From Escherichia phage EJP2, in the sequence record OQ411014.1: a DNA stretch of 64,000 nucleotides; one strand, 5' to 3'. The notes beneath the pieces are model-generated. The model was not told the origin of the DNA, did not search any database, and saw only the letters and a list, made by a program, of their open reading frames with translations. The first letter of the stretch is position 1; each line of letters begins with the position of its first letter. Below, one piece after another: positions 19,556 through 29,919 of this stretch. Both the position numbers and the translations under genes were made by a program.

Positions 19556-19723
19556 ATGTTTACAGCAATTCTAGGTTTTGTATTCTGGTTGGCAATGGTT
19601 GGTGCAGTAGTGTTTCAGGCACAAACACAAAATCGTAAAATCGCATTTTGGGTAGTGTGTGCACTAATTGTAACTCCAGTAATCCCAGCGAGTATACTCT
19701 ACTTCTTAGGTCGAAGGAAGTGA
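19556..19723 (+). CDS. small membrane protein (55 aa; below the ORF-track length cut-off)
   Basis: ATG at 19556 after RBS AAGGA; hydrophobic MFTAILGFVFWLAMVGAVVF...; stop TGA at 19721-19723. Confidence 0.4.
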   Translation: MFTAILGFVFWLAMVGAVVFQAQTQNRKIAFWVVCALIVTPVIPASILYFLGRRK

Positions 19724-19947
19724 CACTACTATTACTGATGTATATATGTGGATTCACTTCATCAGTACTAATATCTGAGTTTGAATATCATTTATACAAT
19801 GTTGAATGTACCAGAGTGGATTATTGTTATATAATAGTGTATTCACTCCTTGGTTGGTACGTTATGATACCTTGGATTGTCATTGACAATCTTTGGAAAT
19901 ATAAAAGAAAGGGTTAATACCCTTTATTAATTACATAAGGAATTATC

Positions 19948-20298
19948 ATGAACAATGCACAAGCCCAGTCTGCATTAGGTAGTATTGAGACGTTCATAGA
20001 GTCATTGGTTCAAATAAAACAACGTGAACTTGACCGCATAACTGAGAAAGTATCTAACTTGGAAGTACAAGTAACTCCAGAAATTATGTTAGAACTTGCG
20101 TGTGTCTTTTATCACAAAGACTATGATCTTACTGATTGTAAAGTTACTAGTGTTAAAGTACATCAAGTCTTGTACACTGAAGAAGAATGTATTGGTTTTA
20201 TCTTAGTAGTACTGGTAGAAATGCCGGACGAAACTATTGACAAATATTATTTGTGTCCAGATGATATTCATAAATTGAAGTTTATTGATGAGGAATAA
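19948..20298 (+). CDS. hypothetical protein
   Basis: 116-aa ORF with RBS AAGGA. Confidence 0.5.
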   Translation: MNNAQAQSALGSIETFIESLVQIKQRELDRITEKVSNLEVQVTPEIMLELACVFYHKDYDLTDCKVTSVKVHQVLYTEEECIGFILVVLVEMPDETIDKYYLCPDDIHKLKFIDEE

Positions 20299-20300
20299 AA

Positions 20301-20729
20301 ATGAAGCTATATTGCTTAGTGAACGTAAAATGTTGTGCAATACAAGCAGGTATTCAGGCATTACACAGTACTGCAAGAATGATGCACAAGTATCACATGA
20401 ATGGTCAAGCATGGGCTAATCTTATGATTGACACTTGGATGACTCACAACGAAACTGTAGTACTCTTACAGGGTGGTGTGCACAAAACTCTACGTGATAA
20501 AGTCAATCTCCTAAATGGACAAGAAGTTATGCCATTTGATTTCTTCACTGAAGAAGATATCAATGATGCATATACTAGTATCTCCATCCTTTGCAGTACT
20601 GAAATGGTTGAGGATATGAAACGTCTTCGTGAAGAAGAAGTTACTAAAGAAGACTTAGCACAAAAATACAGTTCGTGGTCTGCTGCTGAGATTTTGGAAT
20701 TTATGGCATTTGCGAGGACAATCTCCTAA
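20301..20729 (+). CDS. hypothetical protein
   Basis: 142-aa ORF. Confidence 0.5.
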   Translation: MKLYCLVNVKCCAIQAGIQALHSTARMMHKYHMNGQAWANLMIDTWMTHNETVVLLQGGVHKTLRDKVNLLNGQEVMPFDFFTEEDINDAYTSISILCSTEMVEDMKRLREEEVTKEDLAQKYSSWSAAEILEFMAFARTIS

Positions 20730-21955
20730 TGAAATTACCTACAGAGTGGTATGTTGCTCGAAGCATGAACAGTACTGAAGAGATTTTAGGCTTTTTGGTT
20801 GATGCATCGAGTAAAACATCAAAAACGTTTGAAAGTAAGAAAGAAAAGGCTGATTACTGGGCGAGAAACCGTACTAGTAATGGTAAGCTAGAAGGGATTT
20901 ATGTTAGTAATGAACCCCAAGAAGGTTTTCAGATTGTAACCAACGTTGGTCGTTATCGTACCAAGAACGTTCTATGGCGTGTATGGCATCCAGAAGGTTT
21001 TGAGTTCGAAATCACTTCTGACAACTTCTGTGATTTACTCCAGACTAACACTATCATTGATGGTGAAATTCAGGGTAAATTATTCTTGACTTCAGATAAG
21101 AAGTTAGTGAATGAGAAAACCAAACTCTTTGCAGATCGTATTGCTAAAGAAGAAAAAGCCAATAATATCAATGCTTCAGTAAAAGAATTGAAAATTGGTC
21201 AAGGCATTCGTATTGAAACTGTATCCAAAAGTACATCACCTGATTTTATCTATATGGGTAAAGTGCACTGTATCAGTACTCATGCTAATTACAAATACCG
21301 TATCAAAGATAAGAGTTCCTTAGTACACGTACTGAAACGTGTAATTGATGGTGCGTACTTCTTGACTGCAAAGATTACTCACGACTTTATTCGTGTTGAT
21401 CAGTACGATGTAAAAATCACACCAGCAGAAGTGTGCAAAGAAGTGAATGCATATTTCAAAGATGTATTTGACTATAACAATGCAGCTATGACACATCTAT
21501 GTCCGGTGTATACCTATGTTACTCCGTTGTGTGTGAGTCCAAAGCCATTCAAGAAAGATGACATGCACATTGAATTCACACAAGTTCCTGGTAATAGTAT
21601 TACCCGTTTCGATGGTTCTACACAGATTCGTTATGAACAAGACGGTGAACAGTACTGGGTATTTGGATATCTACGTCCATCCAAAAACACTTCATACGAT
21701 TCACACGTTTATAATATTGTGTTGACAACTAGTACTGGTGCAACTAAAATCTTCATGCGTAAATGCACAGTGAACGAACATGGTGTACTCAACCCCAATG
21801 CTGAATTGGGTAACATGTATAACTTCACGTACTGCACCGAATTTTATTCACCATGCAGTCGGCATATGCCAACATCTGAACTCGATGGCAAGAAGTGTTT
21901 AGTTCGGATTGATATTCCAGAATTTCTTGAAGTTGGACATTACACACTAAAATAA
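20729..21955 (+). CDS. hypothetical protein
   Basis: 408-aa ORF; ATGA overlap with the upstream gene. Confidence 0.55.
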   Translation: MKLPTEWYVARSMNSTEEILGFLVDASSKTSKTFESKKEKADYWARNRTSNGKLEGIYVSNEPQEGFQIVTNVGRYRTKNVLWRVWHPEGFEFEITSDNFCDLLQTNTIIDGEIQGKLFLTSDKKLVNEKTKLFADRIAKEEKANNINASVKELKIGQGIRIETVSKSTSPDFIYMGKVHCISTHANYKYRIKDKSSLVHVLKRVIDGAYFLTAKITHDFIRVDQYDVKITPAEVCKEVNAYFKDVFDYNNAAMTHLCPVYTYVTPLCVSPKPFKKDDMHIEFTQVPGNSITRFDGSTQIRYEQDGEQYWVFGYLRPSKNTSYDSHVYNIVLTTSTGATKIFMRKCTVNEHGVLNPNAELGNMYNFTYCTEFYSPCSRHMPTSELDGKKCLVRIDIPEFLEVGHYTLK

Positions 21956-21965
21956 GGATATTACT

Positions 21966-23381
21966 ATGAGCGTACTTTCTATTTTGACTGAACTAAAAGA
22001 CAATGCATCTATTCTGGTCAAAAAAGACATTCTCAATAAAAACAAGGACGATGCAGTACTGCAACGTGTTCTCAAACTAGCTTTAGACCCAGGAATTGTA
22101 AGTGGTTATAAGAAGCTACCGAATCCCTTCGTTAGTGAAACTAAGTACACACTCAACGAAGCACTAAATCAGCTTGATGATATCTACACTCGTAAGTACA
22201 CTGGTCATGCTGGACGTGACCACATTGCACAAATCCTAGGTTCAGTCACTGAAGATGACCGTGAAGTTATCCGTCGAGTACTGACTAAGGACTTAGAGTG
22301 TGGTGCTAGTGATAAGATTGTGAACGATGTATTTGGTAAAGGTTTTGTCAAAGATGAACCGTATATGCGTTGTTCATTGATTGATCATAAAACTGCAAAA
22401 AACATCAACTTCGATGGTTATGGTTATGCTGTCTCTGAAGTAAAAATGGACGGCACTTACCTGAACCACGTAGTCATCAACAATGCACTAACATCCTCAT
22501 CCAGAAATGGTAAACTATATGATTTTCTTGGTTGTCGTGACTTAGAAATGAGTGGGGTTGCTGGAATCATTCAGAAAAATGATCCACGTTTCAGTTCTGG
22601 TGTAGTTTTCATGGGAGAAGGTTTAGTACTAGACACTGATGGCACTATTCTTCCACGAACAACTGGTAATGGGATCATCCAAAAAGCGGGTAAAGATTCC
22701 ATAACATCGTTCGAAGCTATGCGGGTAGTCTTTGTATTATGGGACGTTGTTCCATATGATGCATTCTGTAATGGTTTTTGGGATGTGAAACGCAAAGAGC
22801 GTCGTGAAATACTTGAAAGTGCAATCAACGAATTCGATAGTGAATTTGTACGTATGGTTGAGTACCGTAAAGTAAAAAATCTAAAAGAAGCATTTGATTA
22901 TAACACTGAACTCATGAACAAGGGTGAAGAAGGTTCAGTACTGAAATGTGAAGATGGTGTTTGGAAATCACACACTTCTCCTAAGCAATTGAAAATGAAA
23001 CTGAAAATGCAAATTGATTTACGCATTGTAGGATTCAATGAAGGGGATAAGAAACGTAAAGGCTGTTTGGGTTCTTTACAACTTGAAAGTGATTGTGGTA
23101 CATTGAAAGTGAATGTAGGTACTGGTATCAAAGAGAAAGATGCCGAATGGACATTCAAAAGTATCTGGGAAAAACGTTTTGAACTATTGAATAAGATTGT
23201 CACTGTTGAGGCAAATGAAATCGTAGTTGATAAACGTACTGGAGAACCATCACTATTTTTGCCAGTGTTTGTTGAATTTAGATTTGACAAGGACACATGT
23301 GACACGTATACTCGTATCTTAGAAATTCGAGAAAGTGCTGTTGAGGTATTTGCAAACAGTATTGTTAGTTCTTTATTGTAA
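21966..23381 (+). CDS. ATP-dependent DNA ligase
   Basis: adenylation motif I KMDG (SEVKMDGTY); 471 aa, similar in size to T4 gp30. Confidence 0.7.
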   Translation: MSVLSILTELKDNASILVKKDILNKNKDDAVLQRVLKLALDPGIVSGYKKLPNPFVSETKYTLNEALNQLDDIYTRKYTGHAGRDHIAQILGSVTEDDREVIRRVLTKDLECGASDKIVNDVFGKGFVKDEPYMRCSLIDHKTAKNINFDGYGYAVSEVKMDGTYLNHVVINNALTSSSRNGKLYDFLGCRDLEMSGVAGIIQKNDPRFSSGVVFMGEGLVLDTDGTILPRTTGNGIIQKAGKDSITSFEAMRVVFVLWDVVPYDAFCNGFWDVKRKERREILESAINEFDSEFVRMVEYRKVKNLKEAFDYNTELMNKGEEGSVLKCEDGVWKSHTSPKQLKMKLKMQIDLRIVGFNEGDKKRKGCLGSLQLESDCGTLKVNVGTGIKEKDAEWTFKSIWEKRFELLNKIVTVEANEIVVDKRTGEPSLFLPVFVEFRFDKDTCDTYTRILEIRESAVEVFANSIVSSLL

Positions 23382-23451
23382 GATAACATTCGTTCCAGTA
23401 CTGAATACGTTATAAAATTTCTAAAATGTTTACCTAATATTAGAAGGGCAA

Positions 23452-23856
23452 ATGAAACCAATATCTAAGGCGACGTTGATGATGTACAAGGATGTACTGT
23501 ACATCACAGCCAAATCAACAAGCATTCAATCTCCAGGGATGGGTCTGTTCTCGGTGCAACGAAGATCAATTTTGTATTATGATTTTTTTGCAGAATTTGA
23601 TTTTGTTGATGCGTCGCTGACGATACATAAAACACGACACGGTTCAGTAAACGATACATTTGATAATTGTCTTGACAACTGCCAGATTGATGGTGTAAAG
23701 TATGTCCTATCAAACGGACTAAGAGCACCATCTCTTGCAGATTTCAGATGTTCTCAAGTTTTCTATGCAGAAGTGCTTGACGAGAACAATAAGTTGAATT
23801 ACAATACTCTTCTTGGTGCACTTCTGGTTGAACAGAATCGCTGGAAAGATATCTAA
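23452..23856 (+). CDS. hypothetical protein
   Basis: 134-aa ORF. Confidence 0.5.
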   Translation: MKPISKATLMMYKDVLYITAKSTSIQSPGMGLFSVQRRSILYYDFFAEFDFVDASLTIHKTRHGSVNDTFDNCLDNCQIDGVKYVLSNGLRAPSLADFRCSQVFYAEVLDENNKLNYNTLLGALLVEQNRWKDI

Positions 23857-23863
23857 AAAATGC

Positions 23864-23891
23864 TTGACAATCTAGAATAATGTGGTATAAT
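23864..23891 (+). promoter_or_regulatory. sigma70-type promoter with extended -10
   Basis: TTGACA 23864-23869 and TGgTATAAT ending at 23891, upstream of the ClpP gene. Confidence 0.6.
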
Positions 23892-23941
23892 AGTTGCACT
23901 TAGTACGAAATTCTAATTGATAATCGAAAAGGAAATAAAAT

Positions 23942-24634
23942 ATGTTTCATAACTCTATCAAAGCCAATGCATACGAAGAACCAACCAACATGACTATTCC
24001 AATCGTTGTTGAACAGACTCATAATGGTGAGCGTTCTTATGATTTACCATCTCGTTTGATGAACTCTCGTATCATCATGGTTGATACTGATTTCAACGAC
24101 CAGATGGCATATGTAATCAAAATGCAGTTGCTGTGGCTTGATAGTCAAAGTGCAGACCCAATCACTATGTACATCAACTCCCCTGGTGGTTCAGTACATG
24201 CTGGTTTAGGTATTGCTGATGTAGTTGCGAACCTTCGCTCTCCAGTACGCACTATCGTTATGGGTATGGCTGCATCGATGGGTTGTTACATGCAAAGTAC
24301 TATGGGTACTCCTGGTCTGCGTCTAGCAGGTAAACGTGCACAAATCATGGCACACCAAGTATCTTCTGGTACACAAGGTCTGATTCTAGACCAAGAGATT
24401 TCTCTGAATCATAGTAAGCGTTTGAACAAACTCTTGACTGAAGAGATTGCTGAAGCAGTAGGTATGCCGATTGAACAATTCCTTATTGACTGTAACCGCG
24501 ATTTGTGGTTAAATGCTGAAGAAGCATTGAACTACGGCACTAAAGGTTTCATCGATGGTATCTATCTGGGTAAACAAAACGAACAAGGCCAACTACTTGT
24601 CCAACGTCGTGGTGGTGTTGAGGAATGGGTGTAA
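23942..24634 (+). CDS. clpP: ClpP-family serine protease
   Basis: INSPGGSVHAG and catalytic-serine motif GMAASMG. Confidence 0.8.
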   Translation: MFHNSIKANAYEEPTNMTIPIVVEQTHNGERSYDLPSRLMNSRIIMVDTDFNDQMAYVIKMQLLWLDSQSADPITMYINSPGGSVHAGLGIADVVANLRSPVRTIVMGMAASMGCYMQSTMGTPGLRLAGKRAQIMAHQVSSGTQGLILDQEISLNHSKRLNKLLTEEIAEAVGMPIEQFLIDCNRDLWLNAEEALNYGTKGFIDGIYLGKQNEQGQLLVQRRGGVEEWV

Positions 24635-24921
24635 TGAGTAAAGTTCTAGTAAGGGGTGGCAACGCCCCTGATAATGCAGAAGTGCTGGATGATGCAGAAT
24701 TCATTCGTCTATGTTACAGTACTATCAAAGATAAGACTGTAGAGCTAGAGAACAGTACTGAAAGTTCTCAAGTCCTAGATGCATTATCAGATATTCTCGA
24801 ATTGAGTATGTCTATCATTCAAAAAGAAAACATTACTGCACAGAATTTATTTGCACACGCAATGAATCGTCGTAATGTTGAAGGTAGTTTTCTGGATAAA
24901 AAAGCAATCACTAAGGAGTAA
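24625..24921 (+). CDS. hypothetical protein
   Basis: 98-aa ORF overlapping the clpP stop. Confidence 0.5.
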   Translation: MGVMSKVLVRGGNAPDNAEVLDDAEFIRLCYSTIKDKTVELENSTESSQVLDALSDILELSMSIIQKENITAQNLFAHAMNRRNVEGSFLDKKAITKE

Positions 24922-24927
24922 TTTACT

Positions 24928-25371
24928 ATGAACGAACAACAACAGCGACAACAAGGTTACGATTTCTACTTCACCAACCAGTCCCTAACTGTAGAACAAC
25001 TAAAGCAACAGAGTACGTTCTTCCGTTTAGGTTATCGTGCAGCACAAGCTGATGTAGCGAAGAAAGCTAACAAAGCATTCCCAACTACCCTATATGATGT
25101 TCCACAGCGTGCAGAGCGTTTCAACGCTACATGGAACGACATTCTAGCAGCTACACGTAAACCACGTATGCGTAAGCTCCACGCTGACCATATGGCTCCA
25201 GTACTGTATACTCTAATCAAACACGTAGAGCTACAGAAAGATGAAATCTATCGCTATGCTGATGTTGTACGTCTAGTCGAAGAAGGTTTCGATAAGATTC
25301 TTCAAATCGGTGTTGATGAAGGTATCTTGACAGCACACGATTGTAAGCAGTATAATTACGTTCCTAAGTGA
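24928..25371 (+). CDS. hypothetical protein
   Basis: 147-aa ORF, Q-rich N-terminus. Confidence 0.5.
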   Translation: MNEQQQRQQGYDFYFTNQSLTVEQLKQQSTFFRLGYRAAQADVAKKANKAFPTTLYDVPQRAERFNATWNDILAATRKPRMRKLHADHMAPVLYTLIKHVELQKDEIYRYADVVRLVEEGFDKILQIGVDEGILTAHDCKQYNYVPK

Positions 25372-25378
25372 ATACCAC

Positions 25379-25402
25379 AGGCCACTTAATTGTGGCCTTT
25401 TT
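25379..25402 (+). terminator. intrinsic terminator
   Basis: stem AGGCCAC/GTGGCCT followed by a T run. Confidence 0.6.
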
Positions 25403-25420
25403 AATATAAGGAGAATCAAT

Positions 25421-26212
25421 ATGAAATTTATGATTATGTCCGACACACACGGTTCCAACGATTTCATTCCAGAGGGTGATTACAGCGATGTAGTACTGAT
25501 TATTCCTGGTGACTTCGATGAAGCTAAACGACCACGTTTCCGTACTAAGATTGAATCTCTGTGTAAGCAGTTTAAGGAAGTAGTACTGGTTCCTGGCAAT
25601 CATGAGTACTACGGTTCTAATATTCACAAAGTACATAAGATTTTGAAAGAAATGAATTTTGAGATTCCCAATTTCTCATTCCTGCAAAACGACTACATTT
25701 ACATTGGTGATGTATTGATTGTCGGTGCTACACTGTGGACTGATTACGACAGAAGTAATGCCCTAGTGAAGTTCGATGCAAAGATGAAGATGAATGATTA
25801 CAAACACATTCGTCATGGTACTGAAGCTGAACCGTGGAAGACTAAACTCACAGTAGAAGATGTAGAGTACATGCATCACATTTCGAAGAAATATATCAAG
25901 ATGCTGATTGACACAGAGCGTGAACTCGTACATAATGATATCAAGGTTGTGGTAGTAACACATCACGCACCAAGTTATCAGAGTGTTTCTCCACGTTACA
26001 AGAATGATTCACTGAATGGTTGTTACTGTTCTGATATGGATCAGTACGTAGCTGATACAAAAGCGGACTTCTGGATTCATGGACACGTACATGATAACTT
26101 CGATTATTATATCGATAAGACTCGTGTTCTGTGCAACCCAAGAGGCTATGCGTCATCTATTGGAGTTCATGAAAATAAAAACTTCAATGCAAACTATATT
26201 TTTGAGGTATAA
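25421..26212 (+). CDS. calcineurin-like metallophosphoesterase
   Basis: motifs SDTHGS, GDFDE, GNHEYY, THHAP and GHVHDN. Confidence 0.7.
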   Translation: MKFMIMSDTHGSNDFIPEGDYSDVVLIIPGDFDEAKRPRFRTKIESLCKQFKEVVLVPGNHEYYGSNIHKVHKILKEMNFEIPNFSFLQNDYIYIGDVLIVGATLWTDYDRSNALVKFDAKMKMNDYKHIRHGTEAEPWKTKLTVEDVEYMHHISKKYIKMLIDTERELVHNDIKVVVVTHHAPSYQSVSPRYKNDSLNGCYCSDMDQYVADTKADFWIHGHVHDNFDYYIDKTRVLCNPRGYASSIGVHENKNFNANYIFEV

Positions 26213-26214
26213 TA

Positions 26215-26808
26215 ATGAAGATTCGTGAGTTCACAGAACAAGAACAAGCTGCAATGCGTTTTGTGTTGCAGGATCGAGTACTGATCTGTAAAGGCATCTT
26301 TGATAAGATGGAAGAACGTCTACGTGAAGCATATGCTAACTACGTTCGTGATTTCAAATATTCATTCTGGAATCCATTCACTTTCAAACCAGTGAAAGAA
26401 TATAATTTCAGGCGAATGCTGATGGGTGATCTGTACTACAAATGGGCTAACCATCGTTATAGTATAGAGGATACTCTTATGGAGTACTTCCCGAAAGGTA
26501 CAGTACTGAATATTATGTACACTGATTCGTTTACACCGCCACATAATTTTGTACTGGATGTAGATAATCGTCTACGTAAAGTTGTGGAATGGGCTTACTG
26601 GTATGTAATTCGTTCTCCAGAAGATTTGGACTTCGGGCGTTTAGTACTGTCCTATGCGAAAGAGCCGTATGAGTTCTCACCAGAAGATGTACTGCGTTAT
26701 CGCAATCTGGAACGTTCGTACAAAGCTATCAGTAAAGAATGGGAAGAAATTCAGGGCATTTACGAGGGTTTCAAAGATGCAGTACACACTGTCGATTCAG
26801 AAAAGTAA
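26215..26808 (+). CDS. hypothetical protein
   Basis: 197-aa ORF. Confidence 0.5.
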   Translation: MKIREFTEQEQAAMRFVLQDRVLICKGIFDKMEERLREAYANYVRDFKYSFWNPFTFKPVKEYNFRRMLMGDLYYKWANHRYSIEDTLMEYFPKGTVLNIMYTDSFTPPHNFVLDVDNRLRKVVEWAYWYVIRSPEDLDFGRLVLSYAKEPYEFSPEDVLRYRNLERSYKAISKEWEEIQGIYEGFKDAVHTVDSEK

Positions 26809-27310
26809 AGAAGTACTTTATGATTTCCAGAACTTTATGATTCTGGCTGCTAAAGTACATACTCTTGCTATTCGCCGTTTGGATGATATGTACAACAAGT
26901 ACTTGAAGAGTGGGTACAATCATTGGTTCCGTGACAAGTACACATATGAAGAGTTCTTGAATGCGATTACGTTCAATACTACAATTGAAGTATTTGAACA
27001 CACAATGCATAATTTACCATTCAAACATATCAAACCAAAGAATTGGTCGTACTTTCTAAAAACCAGAACTATCAAGAAACTCACAAAGATGAGTGATGAG
27101 TCAATCGTGGAAGGTGTTTATGTAGTGACTAATGCGTGTGCAATCATGCAATACATGACACTAATCACTGACGTTACTGGTTTCTTGCGTAGGATTGAGT
27201 TGTATTCTAATTCAATGCCATATACAATTGACGACAACGATGTTCGACTGTACAATAAAGTTGTTGCAATGAACTGCAAGATGGCTACTGTTGTGGGGAA
27301 ATATAAATGA
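26654..27310 (+). CDS. hypothetical protein (start uncertain)
   Basis: track ORF overlaps the upstream gene extensively; the true start is probably an internal ATG near 26776-26834. Confidence 0.4.
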   Translation: MRKSRMSSHQKMYCVIAIWNVRTKLSVKNGKKFRAFTRVSKMQYTLSIQKSKEVLYDFQNFMILAAKVHTLAIRRLDDMYNKYLKSGYNHWFRDKYTYEEFLNAITFNTTIEVFEHTMHNLPFKHIKPKNWSYFLKTRTIKKLTKMSDESIVEGVYVVTNACAIMQYMTLITDVTGFLRRIELYSNSMPYTIDDNDVRLYNKVVAMNCKMATVVGKYK

Positions 27311-27819
27311 AACTAAAAGAACTCGACGTTGCCAGTACTCTAATTTGGATTTCAAATTTAGATAAGGTAGCTAAGGTATATAACTTAGCACTTGCTTATC
27401 ATAAAGAAATCACAGATAAAGCTGAACGTGAATTCGAAGAACATTATAGTAGTAAGTGGTTTTATCGTACCTTCACCAATGCGAATGATTATAAGAACGC
27501 ATGGTATGAAGATGATGGTAAGCACTATACTTTTGGGTGGATATTGGGTATCTTTGAATTGAGCAAGATGACAGTACTACCAGATGAGTTTCCAGAGTTA
27601 GCTAATCAATTGGCTGCTGATTGGGCTACTGGTTATCCAACTAAGTTGGAGCGTACAATCACTGCTTGGTCTAAATATGCAAAGCGACCCTTTGAAATTA
27701 CTACAGAAGATTTGACTTTGTATTTTGAATTCAAAGCGTGGCACTCTCTACTAAAAGAACTAACTACAGCTTTGGGGATTTATGATGAAGCACTCGACTT
27801 GGATGAAGATTGCATGTGA
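27307..27819 (+). CDS. hypothetical protein
   Basis: 170-aa ORF. Confidence 0.5.
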   Translation: MKLKELDVASTLIWISNLDKVAKVYNLALAYHKEITDKAEREFEEHYSSKWFYRTFTNANDYKNAWYEDDGKHYTFGWILGIFELSKMTVLPDEFPELANQLAADWATGYPTKLERTITAWSKYAKRPFEITTEDLTLYFEFKAWHSLLKELTTALGIYDEALDLDEDCM

Positions 27820-28258
27820 CGTAGCAGATGAGAGTAAGTGTATCTCTCATCACGTTGGTGCAGTTATAGTAAACAATGACAGGATTGTCAGTACTGGATA
27901 CAATGGCACACCACCTAAGCAGCCTAATTGCTGTGATGTGAATGCTCATCTGGTACACGACAAGACCTTACAACAATGGGTATCTGATGATGCTAAGGTA
28001 GAGCATCATCACTGGAGTCAATTACATGAGATTCATGCTGAGATGAATGCGTTATTGTATTCTTCTCCGAAGGATCGTATTGGGGCAACTCTTTACAGTA
28101 CTCTACAGCCGTGCTATACTTGCTCTTTATTGATTGCTGCTAGTGGTATCACTAAAGTGATTTATGAGAAGGGATATCCACGAACTCCACCTGAAGCTAC
28201 TTCAGTACTGGAACAGGCGGGTATTGAAATTATCAAGTTTTCTGACTTAGGGGAATAA
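27782..28258 (+). CDS. cd: dCMP deaminase (cytidine/deoxycytidylate deaminase family)
   Basis: zinc-binding motifs HAEMNAL and PCYTCS. Confidence 0.7.
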   Translation: MMKHSTWMKIACDVADESKCISHHVGAVIVNNDRIVSTGYNGTPPKQPNCCDVNAHLVHDKTLQQWVSDDAKVEHHHWSQLHEIHAEMNALLYSSPKDRIGATLYSTLQPCYTCSLLIAASGITKVIYEKGYPRTPPEATSVLEQAGIEIIKFSDLGE

Positions 28259-28260
28259 GT

Positions 28261-28527
28261 ATGATTTACATTATCCTTGGTGTCATCACTATGGCTATCA
28301 CAATTCTTCTTCTTATTGTTGGTGATAAGGTTGGTGTAGTAGAAGAGCCTCCTGGATTGGTTCGGAATTATGAAGTGCGATTTGAACCATCCAATAACAA
28401 GTACTATCTTGTGAATGTACTACCTAAGAAAGAAGTACCTGTAACGAATTGGTACGGGAAGAGAATCATGTATAAGGATATGATCCTAGCGGATTATGTT
28501 CGTGAAAAAATGAATTCTGTGAAATGA
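28261..28527 (+). CDS. small membrane protein
   Basis: N-terminal hydrophobic helix IYIILGVITMAITILLLIV. Confidence 0.5.
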   Translation: MIYIILGVITMAITILLLIVGDKVGVVEEPPGLVRNYEVRFEPSNNKYYLVNVLPKKEVPVTNWYGKRIMYKDMILADYVREKMNSVK

Positions 28528-28530
28528 AAA

Positions 28531-28557
28531 AAGGAGCCATATGGCTCCTTTTCTTTT
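28531..28557. terminator. bidirectional intrinsic terminator
   Basis: palindrome AAGGAGCCAT/ATGGCTCCTT flanked by an A run on one side and a T run on the other. Confidence 0.65.
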
Positions 28558-28661
28558 AGAAAACAATTTAATATCTGGATAATCATTTCAGTCCTTTAAC
28601 ATAATCCCACTGCGGCGGGATATTGGTTTGACATATCAAATTATCCCTAAATGTATTAATT

Positions 28662-29081
28662 TTATTCGTCATCTTTGTTGACAAAATCCAAATCTAGTAC
28701 ACTAGGTGGTGGTACATTACAAAAATATAAATCCCACGGTTTGTAGATTGATTCACCTGAACTTAACTTAATTTTGTGCGTTTGAAATGAAGTAACAAAT
28801 GCTTGATCTATTCGCATAAAAAATGTATTCTTACCAAGCAATGTAGACAGTACTGAATCAGATGCACTTGTGTCCAAGTACTGACCATCTTTATCAGTAT
28901 ATGTCAATCTGATAAAGCTGAAAATATTACCATCAGTGTCAACTAAATCAAAGGTGTTATCAGAGCGTTGTCTGAAAATATTGATGTTGTTTTTGATTAC
29001 ACCATTAATGTTTGCAACTGGGACACAGAATCCACCAATACTAAAAGGTAGTTCACCTCTACCTGCAATCACTTTTGCCAT
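28662..29081 (-). CDS. hypothetical protein, N-terminal paralog of the 29920-30576 gene
   Basis: one of only two convincing minus-strand genes; N-terminal region alignable with the Ig-like protein at 29920-30576. Confidence 0.55.
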   Translation of the reverse strand: MAKVIAGRGELPFSIGGFCVPVANINGVIKNNINIFRQRSDNTFDLVDTDGNIFSFIRLTYTDKDGQYLDTSASDSVLSTLLGKNTFFMRIDQAFVTSFQTHKIKLSSGESIYKPWDLYFCNVPPPSVLDLDFVNKDDE

Positions 29082-29238
29082 ACTATATCCTTTTATAAAA
29101 AACTGGTCATAAAATGACCTACATAATATTTATGTTACTTGTTCATTTTTTGTACAGCTAATGCTAAATAAATTTATATTGACACTGATAAGCAAACATG
29201 CTAGAGTAATCATCTTACACATTCATTGTAGAGGGTAT

Positions 29239-29853
29239 ATGAAAAAAATTCCATTAGAATTGTTACAGATATTTCTTATCTGGTTGCTATGTACTGTTCC
29301 CAGTTCAGCAGAAAGTTTGTCCAGTACTATCTTTAGAGATAAAGAGAATATTGTTCATTTTGGTGCTCCAGTTTCATTCGAGGCATATAGCAAATTACTG
29401 AAAATGTATAAGATAAAACCATTTTCTGAAATTAGACTCACCAGTAATGGTGGAGAATATGATGCTGGTATGAAGATTGCTCACTTAGTTTACACCAATG
29501 ACATATCAGTCTTTGTTCCAAAGTACTGTGCAAGTGCATGTACATTTATATTTTTTGGAGCTAGGGTTGAGCACCGTGACATTGCACCAACGGCAATGTT
29601 GGGATTACATAATGTGTCGTTTGGTATGAACAACTCAACGGGTGAAGACGCGAATAACTCGTCGATAACAGTCAAGGAGGCACTTGATTTTGCACAAGAA
29701 GCAGTTGTAAGATCAGGAATGATGATTTCATTCTATTCTGCGAATGGGATACCAAGTGATGTACTACTTCAAGTATCACAAACATATGGTCAAGGTATCA
29801 TAAATGTGCAACGGGCTGACTTAGTTCGTTGGGGTGCAATACAAGCGAAATAA
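29239..29853 (+). CDS. secreted protein with possible ClpP/SppA-like fold
   Basis: start set at the ATG after RBS AGAGGG; signal-peptide-like MKKIPLELLQIFLIWLLCTVPSSA; TSNGGEYDAG and CASACTF loosely resemble ClpP motifs. Confidence 0.45.
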   Translation: MKKIPLELLQIFLIWLLCTVPSSAESLSSTIFRDKENIVHFGAPVSFEAYSKLLKMYKIKPFSEIRLTSNGGEYDAGMKIAHLVYTNDISVFVPKYCASACTFIFFGARVEHRDIAPTAMLGLHNVSFGMNNSTGEDANNSSITVKEALDFAQEAVVRSGMMISFYSANGIPSDVLLQVSQTYGQGIINVQRADLVRWGAIQAK

Positions 29854-29878
29854 AAAAGGAGCCTAAAGGCTCCTTTTT
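29853..29878. terminator. bidirectional intrinsic terminator
   Basis: AGGAGCC-TAAA-GGCTCCT with flanking A5 and T5 runs. Confidence 0.65.
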
Positions 29879-29919
29879 GAATGTTTAATATCAAACCACA
29901 ATAAAAAAGTGGTTAACTT

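Noticed and set aside
22898-23461. 187-aa minus-strand ORF inside the DNA ligase gene
   Set aside because: Fully antisense to the ligase ORF, which has clear catalytic motifs; considered a shadow ORF.
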